Below, piece after piece: positions 1 to 10,712 of a stretch of 39,151 bases of DNA. Where the stretch lies: positions 1 through 39,151 of the forward strand of contig NW_021835724.1 of assembly GCF_006345805.1 (NCBI RefSeq), in the 5' to 3' direction. Each line of letters starts with the position of its first letter. Position 1 is the stretch's first letter. The notes beneath the pieces are model-generated. The model did not search any database and had not been told where the DNA came from. It saw only the letters and a program-made list of their open reading frames with translations. This DNA is from Octopus sinensis (lineage: Eukaryota). The translations under genes and the position numbers were made by a program.

Positions 1-226
1 TCCTTTCTTTTCATTTCGTTTTTTCCCCCCATTGTTTTGTTCTCCCTTGTTTCAATTGTCATCGCATGATTTCTATTCAACAAGAAAACCTTTCTTAACA
101 ATGACACCGACTTCTTTTTTTTTTCTTTTTCTGTCGTTTCCTTCCTGGCTATGTTTCAATTTTATATCGTAATAAATATACATTTTCTCTTGCTTTCCAC
201 ATACAGTTTTGTAATTGTTCGTAAAT

Positions 227-420
227 GGTGACTAAGTGAATGCATTGTGACATGGTAAGTTATAAATAGGGGGGGACTAAGAAGTATACGGTGACTAAGT
301 ATGTTGTGACACGATAAGTTAAATATAAGGTGACTATGTGAGTGAGTGTATAAGTTAAATATATATGGGGACTATGTGAATGCCTTGTGATACGGTAAAT
401 TAAATATATAGAGACTAAGT
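227..420. repeat. Degenerate minisatellite, about 6 units of 17-46 bp starting GGTGACTAAGT/GGGACTATGT
   Basis: Recurring g(g/t)gacta(a/t)gt at about 227, 273, 290, 329, 367 and 411. Most units also end in taagttaaatata-like sequence. Confidence 0.6.
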
Positions 421-499
421 AACTGTGTTGCAGCAAGGCACAATTTTAGCATCAGAATTCCTGACCATTAAATAGCACTCTTGGCAGTCACAGTCCAAG

Positions 500-1390
500 T
501 GTCTTCGTTGTCCTCTTATTGTGCTAATTCCATCCGTTCCTAGCTTTGCAAACAAGAAGAGAATAAATCACCTATTTTATATGGATGACCTCCAGCTGTA
601 TACAAAAATATGAGACAGACCTAGACTCATTGATCCAAACAGTGAGAGTATTCAGTGAAGATACTGGAATGTAGTTTGGGGTAAAAATGCGCGGTACAAA
701 TTATGAAGAGAGGCCGTAAGGTAAACTCTGATACTATAAAATTACCCCCAAGACAACATCATTAGATCGCTGTGGAATAATGACAGGTACAAATATATAC
801 GGGTGTTGCAAAACGATATAACAGAAGGAGAAATAGGAGAGAAATTCCTACAAGAGGAGAGAATTAGGAAGGCGCACGAAACAAAATTAAATGACGGGAA
901 CATCATTAAAGCCATAAATGCATGGATTATGCCAGTACTGAGATAATCTGCTCCCTTTCTGAAATGGACAAAAGTCGAGCTGCCGAACTTGGACGGAAGA
1001 ACTAGAAAACTTTTCACAATTCACAATGCACTCCACCCTAAAAGCATTACCAATCAACTCTACATACGTAGAAAGGAAGGTGGCAAAGGATTACTGAACG
1101 CACAGGACACTGTTAATACTGCGATACAGGGTTTGAAAAATTATGTTGTGCAATGTAAAGAGAGAATACTATCGACAGTCAGTGATATCCAAAAAGTGAC
1201 CCAAACAGTAGGCGAATTCAAAGAGAAAAGGAAGAAAAATAGTGCAAACAGATAGAAAGAAATGGAGCTACACGGTCAATGCATGCAACAAACCGAGAAT
1301 ATCGAAATTTAAGTAAGCTGGCTCTGGTTGATGGATGGACTTGAAACGAAAGACAGAAACAGTAATTATAGCTGCTCAGGAACAGGCATG
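500..1390 (+). mobile_element. R4/Dong-clade non-LTR retrotransposon RT fragment, decayed
   Basis: Manual translation gives INHLFYMDDLQLY (RT catalytic motif), DLDSLIQTVRVFSEDTGM, LRYSAPFLKWTK, DGRTRKLFTIHNALHPK...LYIRRKEGGKGL, LHGQ and AAQEQA. Contains stops and frameshifts. Confidence 0.85.
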
Positions 1391-1620
1391 TACATTATTT
1401 ACATTATTACATTTGATGGATATTTATCCTCATCTTGTTTGTTGTTAACACAAGGTTTCGGCTGAATCACCCTCCAGCCTTCATCAGGTGTCTTGGGAAA
1501 ATTTCAAATCTGAGTTCTCATTCCACGGGCATATGGCGTAGAGGTTAAGAGCGTGGGCTACTAACCTAAAGATTCCGTGTTCGATTCCCAGCAGTGACCT
1601 GAATAATAATAATAATAATA

Positions 1621-1664
<44 letters not shown>

Positions 1665-1737
1665 CAACATCGAAAAATACCTTAGGAATGAGAACCCAGG
1701 TTCGAAATTTCCCCAAGACACCTGATGAAGGCTGGAC
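1390..1737 (+). mobile_element. tRNA-headed SINE-like element with a hammerhead-bearing tail and a 5' inverted copy of that tail
   Basis: Head at 1527-1595 has an A-box TGGCGTAGAGG and a B-box GTTCGATTCC. It is followed by (AAT)n and a tail ending gacacctgatgaaggctgga at 1737. 1473-1524 is the reverse complement of 1686-1737. Confidence 0.7.
1447..1492 (-). ncRNA. Type I hammerhead ribozyme motif (minimal, PLE-type), one mismatch in stem III
   Basis: Minus strand reads GACAC CTGATGA A GGCTG gagggtgatt CAGCC GAAA C C T T GTGTT. Stem I is GACAC/GTGTT and stem II is GGCTG/CAGCC, with an extra A after A9. Position 16.2 is C where G would give the palindrome AACGTT. Confidence 0.65.
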
Positions 1738-2350
1738 ATTGTCTGGTCTGTTAACGTTTATTTGCCTGTCTGTATACATCCCATAATCCCATAGGATGGT
1801 AACATTCTCTCTGTCAGTGACTGGCTCTTGATAGTGTTCATACCATTTCTTAGAGCAAGGGATACCATAGTGACGGTATATTATCCAGTGCAAGTATTGG
1901 CCAACTCGATCAGGCCTGCTTTTATATTCTGTAGGGACAAGGACTGAGCAACCGGCAACAAGGAGGTCAATCAATACTCTCAAGTTTGTTATTGCAGAGT
2001 CTACACTTTGTATCTACCTCTTTGTATCTACCTCTTTGTGATATTAGCTTGACAGTTCCAGGAGAGGGGACTGGTTTTGTGCTGCTACGATGAATCCTGT
2101 TTATAGCTTTCAAACCAACTCTCAGCAGCCACTGATGGATTCTTCTTACATTTAAATCAGCTTTCCCAGCTCGTTCGGAGTATTTGCCAATGGAATGGCT
2201 TTTCTTTCCACAGTCTTGATATTTCCTTCAAACTTTCCTGTTTGGCTTTTTGTTTTACACGTTTTTGTCGCCTTCATGAGTGGTATGTCCTCTTTATCAT
2301 CATGATAATCAAAGAGGTTCAGCTCTCGTCTGTATTTATATGCCACCTTT
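1738..2350 (-). mobile_element. R4/Dong-clade LINE fragment (post-RT, CCHC knuckle, start of restriction-like endonuclease)
   Basis: WKEKPFH, GFIVAAQNQS, CRLCNNKLESID/LLVAGCSVLVPTEYKSRPDRVGQYLHW and TILWDYGMYTDRQINVNRPD, with frameshifts. Confidence 0.85.
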
Positions 2351-2409
2351 GAGATAAGACCAGAAGCCATGAGAGCCACTGTCTGGTACTGCATCAGGTC
2401 AAATATTAC

Positions 2410-2459
<50 letters not shown>

Positions 2460-2523
2460 TATATTATTGCTGCTGTTGTTGTTATTATTATCATTATCAT
2501 CATCATCATCATTATTATTATTT

Positions 2524-2579
<56 letters not shown>

Positions 2580-2624
2580 AATCATTAGCACGCCGCATAA
2601 ATTATTGCGGTTTTATTATTATTA

Positions 2625-3049
2625 TTGAGTGAGAGAATAGCGCATGACCTTGCAGGTGGGGCTCAGTTGGAATTTCCTTCAAGCTGAGTAGCCCATCCCG
2701 CTCAAATGGTCCTTGAATAAGCGCTGTTTAAGGATGTTGAACGAGACACCTATGTTTCCAGAGGTGAATTATTCAAACTCCAGAGAATACCTCTCAATAC
2801 ATGGTTATGATGCTCCCCCACTACTTCTGCTCGTGATCAGAGATGCATATATCGTCAACCACTAAAGGACATGCTCAACTGGTTAAGTTCAAACAACTGA
2901 CAAGCAAATATTTGGCATTGAGCAGAATATTTGCTGTAGCCCATCTTTTATAGCAAGACAAAAACAATGTACATGATAACACTTCCAATCAGATAAGATC
3001 AGAAGCCATGAGAGCCACTGTCTGGTACTGCATCAGGTCAAATATTACT
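2625..3049 (-). mobile_element. Internally deleted copy of the (AAT)n-flanked non-coding element at 11648-12204
   Basis: The reverse complement aligns by eye along its length with 11650-12050. It ends ctctcactc followed by (AAT)n. Confidence 0.8.
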
Positions 3050-3503
3050 GTGCTTTCACTTCACTACCGAGCGCAGCTCTGTGTGCCTTAGGTATATGCT
3101 GTGATTTGTTGTGATGCTCTGATGGTTATTGTATGGAAAGTGTTCTGCGTAGGATGTGTGCAGTGCCTTGTAGTACAATTTTCTGTATGTTATATGTGTT
3201 TGTAAGTCCAGGTGTTTTTGTTATGTATTTGTCTGAATATTTTTTTATCATGCCTAATGCACCTACTATGATAGAATTGTTTCTGTTTTAGATTCCACAT
3301 TCTGGTTACCTCTCTTTCCAGGTCTTTGTATTTTGAAAGTTCTTCTCCATTTCTTTTAGAGACACGTTGTCATCTGCCGGTATTGATACATCAATTAGAA
3401 AGCATTTTTTTCTTCATGATCTCTGACAACTATATCTGGTCTGTTGGCCTTAATTTCTCTATCTGTGTGTATCGGCATATCCCAGAGTATGGTTGCTTTC
3501 TTG

Positions 3504-3508
<5 letters not shown>
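3050..3508 (-). mobile_element. R4/Dong 3'-end fragment (restriction-like endonuclease region plus 3' UTR)
   Basis: Near-identical to 16907-17391, encoding RPDIVVRDH..CFLIDVSIP..KYKDLE. (AAT)n lies at its 5' side and the last 21 nt of the 3' end are absent. Confidence 0.9.
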
Positions 3509-3562
<54 letters not shown>

Positions 3563-3628
3563 TTATTGCTGCTGTTGTTGTTGTTATTATTATTATTATT
3601 ATCATTATCATCATCATCATCATCATCA

Positions 3629-3679
<51 letters not shown>

Positions 3680-3681
<2 letters not shown>

Positions 3682-3850
3682 AATCTTAGCACGCCGCATA
3701 AATGCTTACGGCATTTCGTCAAGTCTCCACGTTCTGAATTCAATTCCATCCAAGGTCGATTTTGCCTTTCATTCTTTCGGGGATTGATGTAATCAATCAA
3801 CTTCCCCACCCCTCAAAATTGCTGGTCTTGTGCCAGAATAAGAAAAGATT
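3680..3850 (+). mobile_element. SINE family B, degenerate copy
   Basis: ttagcacgccg...gttctgaattcaattcc...ggtcgattttgcctttcattctttcggg matches the other family B copies in the window. Confidence 0.75.
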
Positions 3851-4269
3851 ATCATTATTATTTATAGTCGGATAAAAAATTATAGTAATAATACAAACAA
3901 ATAAAATACGTCACTCAGAAATATCATGGCTTTTATACTTCCTGGATCAGTAATTATTTAATTATGCCGTTCGATGCATCAATTTATGTTAACACTAATT
4001 TAAATAAATAATTAACTTAAGCATCAATCAAGTAAAATAATGGAGTGTTTAATCGACTTCAACAGCCTCCTCCTCCCATTGCATTCCTCAATTTGTACCG
4101 CCTGCTTATTAACTAACAAACACCCACACACAATATCCTAAGTTTCGCGCCGGTTGCCTTACAGGAGATAATAAATAACAATAATAATTCCTTTAAATAT
4201 ATTTTTTTATCTGTGCTGTTTTTGTTGCCCTAAACAAACAATAATCATTAGTTTTTTATTATTACGACT

Positions 4270-4300
4270 GACTAGCAGTAGTAATAATAGCAGCAGTGGT

Positions 4301-4335
<35 letters not shown>

Positions 4336-4346
4336 CAGCAGTAGTA

Positions 4347-4399
<53 letters not shown>

Positions 4400-4428
4400 T
4401 TGTTGTTGTTGTTGTTGTTGTTGTTGTT
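4270..4428. repeat. Compound (AGC)n/(AGT)n/(TTG)n microsatellite
   Basis: Direct reading. Confidence 0.95.
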
Positions 4429-5092
4429 CATCCCACCTCCGACCTCACACACCAATTTTTTTTTTGTATCTGCAAACAACGAGCAAGCAGCAACCACACC
4501 CTGACCGACATTGTCAATGCGGCTATTTGTCACCATCAATCAAACCTAGCAAATCTCATAAAATTGCCTCAAAACCGATTAAGACCAAACGACCTGGTGT
4601 CGCTGTCTATTCAAAAACTCACTTCCTCGCCGCCATCTTCTTCAAAAACAAAGTTACATGAGGTTTTATCTTTATCACCTTAATGTACTGGCTTCATTTC
4701 CGCCTCTTATATTTTTTATCTTTTTATTTCTTAGTTTACTTCTCTTTATTTTTGTCGAGGGCTTTGCTTTTCGCTCTGTTTACTTATTTATTTTTTTTTT
4801 ATTACTCTCAACACAGAAAGAAGAACGACTCTACATTTGTGTATGTATGTGTGTCTGAATACACGTGTATATGTATGCATAATACATAATGTGTGTGTAT
4901 ATATACATATATATATATATATTATATCTGTGCATATAGATCTATATATATATATATGTGTATATAGATCTGTGCATATAGATCTATCAACACACACACA
5001 TATATATACAACATATATACATATCTGTATATTTATGTGTGTATATCTATCAATACACACACACACACACACACGCAAACACATACGCACTC

Positions 5093-5148
<56 letters not shown>

Positions 5149-5197
5149 CATATGTACACATATATATTATGTATATATTATATATGCACATGTATTT

Positions 5198-6108
5198 ATT
5201 ATTTTATGTTTGACTTTTTGCTTTGCATTTGTACAAGTTGGTCTCACCCAGAGACCTCCAGAGACAACAAGTTAGAAGTTCATGTTGGTGTTATGCTTAG
5301 TGTGCCATATATTTGGTTTTGTACTTAGTATTGTTCTAGAGAATGTTTAAGAAACCATAAGCAAATTATAAGCTTGTTTTAAAATTTGAGATTACATAGT
5401 ATTTTACGTAGGATATGGGCAGTTCCCACGAGCACTATCTTTTGAATTTCTACCATTTTGGAGTTTCCTGGTATCTGAGCTAGCTAGCAGTCAGCCCCTT
5501 TTGCTATCATTCCTAGGGCACCTATGACATTCCACATTTTGCTAATTTCTATTTCAAGATCTTTATATTCGCTCAGTTTTTGGTAGGTCTTGATAGATAC
5601 GTTTATATCGATTGGGACAGTCATATCAATGAGGAGGCATGATTTTTGTTTGAAGTCTTTCAATATGATGTCTGGCCTATTTGCCTCTATCTTTCTGTCA
5701 GTTTGAATGGTGAAGTTCCAGAGGAGTGAAATGTGACCATTTTCAAGCACTAGAGGTCGTTTGTGTTCCCACCAGTTTTTTTTTTATCATGGGGCAAGTC
5801 CAGGTTCTTGCAAATTACCCAGTGAATATATTGTGAAGCTCTATCATGCCTGTTGAGATATTCTGTAGGCGCTAGAAGACTGAACATGGAGACAACATGA
5901 TCAATGGTTTCATTTTCTTGTTGACATACACATGTTTGGAAGTTATCGTTCTTTACTATGTTGGCCTGGTAGTTCCTTGTAGGTACGCATTGTTTTGGGT
6001 CTGCTATGATAAACCCTTCTGTTACTGATTTTAAGCCAGAAGCCATTAGCCATTGATGGGTAAGGGCTTTGTTAACATCAGCATTATTCGCTCTCTTTGG
6101 GTATTTGC
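5198..6108 (-). mobile_element. 5'-truncated R4/Dong-clade LINE (CCHC knuckle, restriction-like endonuclease, 3' UTR)
   Basis: HQWLMASGLKSVTEGFII, ETIDHVVS, PTEYLNRHDRASQYIHW, NRPDIILKDFKQKSCLLIDMTVP, KLSEYKDLEIEI, GALG and GTAHILRK. The 5' end abuts (AAT)n and the 3' end is gtcaaacataaaataat. Confidence 0.9.
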
Positions 6109-6157
6109 TATTATTATTATTATTATTATTATATTATTATTATTATTATTATTATTA

Positions 6158-6200
<43 letters not shown>

Positions 6201-6205
6201 CATGC

Positions 6206-6295
<90 letters not shown>
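6109..6295. repeat. (ATT)n followed by (AGAT)n microsatellites
   Basis: Direct reading. Confidence 0.95.
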
Positions 6296-6296
<1 letters not shown>

Positions 6297-6404
6297 TCTT
6301 ACACTGCTTTTTTTATTCCTTTAATGCTTGGCTGAGACAAACGCATTTAAAGATTTAATCGACCCTACTATTTATTTCAGTCTGCTACTTTACTGACCTT
6401 ATAA

Positions 6405-6881
<477 letters not shown>

Positions 6882-6925
6882 TATATATATATTATATATA
6901 TATATATATATATATTAATATATTC

Positions 6926-7049
6926 TATCACCGTGATCACTGTGACCGACCAGGCTATCAGATGTTGCTACACATCGCTGGTCACAATGCGCTTCACATT
7001 GTTTTAGCCTTCAAATGACGCCACCCCGCTGGCTAAGCGAGCAGGCCAA
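6926..7049 (-). mobile_element. Short interspersed repeat (about 125 bp) ending in a tandem CAC(A/G)GTGAT tail, within (TA)n
   Basis: Minus strand ggcctgctcgcttagccagcgggg...ggtcacagtgatcacggtgata is GC-rich and has a duplicated 9-mer tail. Family not identified. Confidence 0.5.
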
Positions 7050-7059
7050 TGTATGTATA

Positions 7060-7925
7060 TATATACTCAACAAAAAAAGTACTCCGTCTGGTGAGAGATA
7101 TATATTATGTATTTAAAGGTCACAATACATGTATTTAAGCGCTACTAATAGTTTCATATGAGAAAACACAAACATATTCTTCAGGCGCAAAGCACATCTC
7201 ATAACGAACTAAAGAAATTGAATAAATAGAAGAAACGCGAAAAAAATTGAGAAGGCAGTATATAGAAAACGCAGACAATAAACAACAGAAAACGAAATAA
7301 AAAGTAAAAAAAGTAAAAGAGCTATCTTTCTTAGAATGGTGAAACTGGAAAAATATCAAGTCAGTCAGGAATAGGCGGGATTTTCCAGTTCTTCAACATA
7401 TATTTATATATATGCCTGCAACCACCGAAAATTTCCGTGCTTGAGTTCAATAGAGAGTCATGGATCTTAGATCTGAACAGGATCTGCTCTCTTTCAGCCT
7501 AACAAAGTCTACATTTATTCGATCCATTCACATAAGGTATGGATTTCTCAATTACTTTCCATTTAATCACATGCGGTGTCTCGTTATCTTTCAAAGCCTA
7601 TACGTAGCTAACCAACTTAGTAGCTTTACTTTTGTCCTTATGCTGGAAGGAGGCTATGTGATTGGTATAGAGATTTTTAAGTTCACATAATCCAATATAG
7701 GTTTTCTTATCAATTGTATTATTATTTAAGGTTGCAGTAACTTCTGCCTATGTATGATAGGTATAGTTATACACCCGGAAACCTGGGTCACGACAGTGGC
7801 AATTAGATTTAGGCTCTTGGTATTGGCCACGTATAATGATACTCTTCAAATTGGGGCAGCAGCTATATGATAACTTCCTGTATCCGTGAGTGGCTTAGGA
7901 AAATATTTAATACTTGGGGGTATGT
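7060..7925 (-). mobile_element. 5'-truncated Penelope-like element: end of RT thumb, GIY-YIG endonuclease and 3' pLTR; decayed
   Basis: A single frame gives KLSYSCCPNLKSII..NCHCR..KKTYIGLCE..NHIASFQH..LKD..IKWKVIEKS..KCRLC..LLNS.TEIFGGCRH..K.ML.N, with three in-frame TAG stops. The ORF stop is at 7361-7363. Confidence 0.85.
7139..7188 (-). ncRNA. Type I hammerhead ribozyme, canonical core
   Basis: GCGC CTGAAGA ATATG tttgtgttttct CATAT GAAA CTATTAG T A | GCGC. All core positions are present and the triplet is GUA. Predicted cleavage is between 7143 and 7142. Confidence 0.8.
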
Positions 7926-8631
7926 GAAGAACTGCAAACCTCACCGTGTGAACAATGGTCAAATGACCTATTTGAACATAAACTTGGGTGAAAAGTAACG
8001 TAGAATATAACAGCCAGAATTAGTGAGAGTGTTATTTCATGGACTTGTGTGAGATACGTTTTAATTCCCACTTGGATACGCCTTTGCTCCCCAACAGATA
8101 CCTCCGAACTAAGTGCCACAACAGTATGAAAGTTATCAGCCACATTAACAGCAGCTGTTCCAAAATATTTACGAGATACGAGTTAATTTTGAAATTGTCA
8201 CTGTTGCTGAAATTACTTACAAAAATATTTATAGCAGAAATGTCCTATGTCACACAAGAACTAGAATGAAACCACACCTTAAAAATAATAAAAAAAAACA
8301 TTTGTGGAACCTTCCAAAATAAATTTAGTACAAAACAACCATTGCACTGCTGTTTACTACCCAGTTAATGCGCATATCTTGTCTAAAACTGCGGAAACAA
8401 AACATTTAATATAAACTAATGCAGAACTTACAACTCTTGTCGTATGGTTGCAGACTCTCATTTGCACTTTCTATCATAGATACAATGCGGCTATGTAAAA
8501 GAACATTTTTATATTAAAGCGTAGTAAGGCTTAGGGTTTTCCGACAAATAGAACTATTACGAGTATAGTGAAGATCTGTAGCACATTTCAAAGAATCTCC
8601 GTTTCAGCTTCCTTGCTTTCATATACTTCCA

Positions 8632-8690
<59 letters not shown>

Positions 8691-8788
8691 TATACATCCA
8701 TGCATATACATACACACACGTATATGAATATATATATATATGTATTTGTCTAAGAATGTATATGAATGTATGTATGTTTGTATGTTCG

Positions 8789-8843
<55 letters not shown>

Positions 8844-9169
8844 GTGTTTCTTTATCCTGTTTTCCATTTTTTCTCGTTGTTGTTACGTATTTCGTGTTAT
8901 TTGCGCCGTTGGTGACGTCCTGTTCCTATATATATCTATCTATATATATATATAAGATATATATATATATATATATAATATTATACATATATATATATAT
9001 ATATATTGTTTATTATTACTATTTATTATTTATTATATATATATATCCGCTGCCGTAGTCTCCTTTAGAGAGACTTAGGAATAATATTTATATATAAATA
9101 TTATTTCAGCAGTGGTGCCCCAGCATGGCCGCAGCCTTCGGGCTAAAACATTTTAAAAGGATTTTAAGG

Positions 9170-9233
<64 letters not shown>

Positions 9234-9236
9234 AGT

Positions 9237-9466
9237 TAGTATTCCCTCGCCATATCGCGCATCACCTATCGCGGTTTATGGTTTATTATTTAAGCTTACG
9301 TCGATTGCTCCGTGGTGTTGCTTTTTACATTTATAAAAAAATAAATATATACAAATTTGAAATAATAATAATAATAAAAATATACAGTACTGTTTCTACT
9401 TCGCGGATTTTCATCTATCGCGTGGAGTTTGGGAATGTAACACCCGCGATAGTGGAGGGATTACTG
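9237..9466. mobile_element. Tc1/mariner-pogo-like MITE
   Basis: Imperfect TIRs of about 25 bp: tagtattccctcgccatatcgcg versus the reverse complement cagtaatccctccactatcgcg. TA follows the right end. Confidence 0.7.
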
Positions 9467-9519
9467 TATGTATATATATATATAAATGTAATTATGTATC
9501 TATATGTTTAAATGTACGC

Positions 9520-9543
9520 ACACTACACACACGCACACTACAC

Positions 9544-9574
<31 letters not shown>

Positions 9575-9609
9575 TACACACACACTACACACGCACACAC
9601 ACACATATA

Positions 9610-9678
<69 letters not shown>

Positions 9679-9747
9679 TATATAGTGTGCGTGTGTTAAC
9701 ATGCATACATGCATACATTTAAACATATAGACACATAATTACATTTT

Positions 9748-9843
<96 letters not shown>

Positions 9844-9860
9844 GGGAGAGAGAGAGAGAT
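9520..9860. repeat. (CA)n, (TA)n, (AGAT)n and (GA)n microsatellite block
   Basis: Direct reading. Confidence 0.95.
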
Positions 9861-10364
9861 GTACACTAATATGCAATCATACAGACATACAAATAAATGC
9901 ATACATACATTCACATTATATATACCTGCGGACATATATCTACAATATATAAACACATGAATTTATACATACACATACACACATGCACATACACTCATAC
10001 ACATGTACACGCAAACATATACGTGAACGGAGGCACAGTCATATGTATGTGCGTGTGTGAGTGTGAGTGGAAGAGAGAGAGAGAAAGTGGGGGAAGTAAT
10101 AAAATGTTATTAATAGCATGACAAGTTTTTTAGCACGAAGAAGAAGAGGCGGGGGCGGTGTCGCTGACCTTTGCAGACCCTACTCTCCTTCTAGACTGGC
10201 AGAGAGTATGTAGACAATGTACAGCTTCAACTTCTAATGCTTATTTGGAACCACTGCGAGTCAACATGGGAGTCTTTAAACTGTTGCTCGGTTGCCAGAA
10301 ATAGGAGCCAAATCCACCTCAGACACCAAAGCGTCTTAATTTACAAAATGATATACAAAATTAT

Positions 10365-10712
10365 GTGGAGGTGCAATGGCCCAGTGGTTAGAGCAGCGGA
10401 CTCGCGGTCATAGGATCGCGGTTCCGATTCCCAGACCGGGCGTTGCGAGTGTTTATTGAGCGAAAACACCTAAAGCTCCACGAGGCTCCGGCAGGGGATG
10501 GTGGTGATCCCTGCTGTACTCTTTCACCACAACTTTCTCTCACTCTCACTCTTACTTCCTGTTTCTGTTGTACCTGTATTTCAAAGGGCCGGCCTTGTCA
10601 CTTTCTGTGTCACGCTGAATATCCCCGAGAACTAATTTCACGAGCAAGCTGTTCCGTTGAATCGGATCAACCGGAACCCCCGTCGTCGTAACCGACGGAG
10701 TGCTTCCATCCC
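10365..10712 (+). mobile_element. tRNA-derived SINE family C with a 12-bp TSD
   Basis: A-box TGGCCCAGTGG, B-box-like GGTTCCGATTCC, and central gagcgaaaacacctaaagctccacgagg. TSD atacaaaattat at 10353-10364 and 10713-10724. Confidence 0.9.

Noticed and set aside
7361-7900. Selenoprotein-type PLE (UGA recoded at conserved cysteines, reported for some Naiad elements)
   Set aside because: The conserved Cys positions read TGC or TGT, and the in-frame stops are TAG at non-Cys positions.
7907-8269. ORFs 7907-8143 (-) and 8039-8269 (+) as PLE RT or host exons
   Set aside because: PLE homology ends near 7925 and no motif is recognisable upstream. Splice-like signals alone are insufficient.
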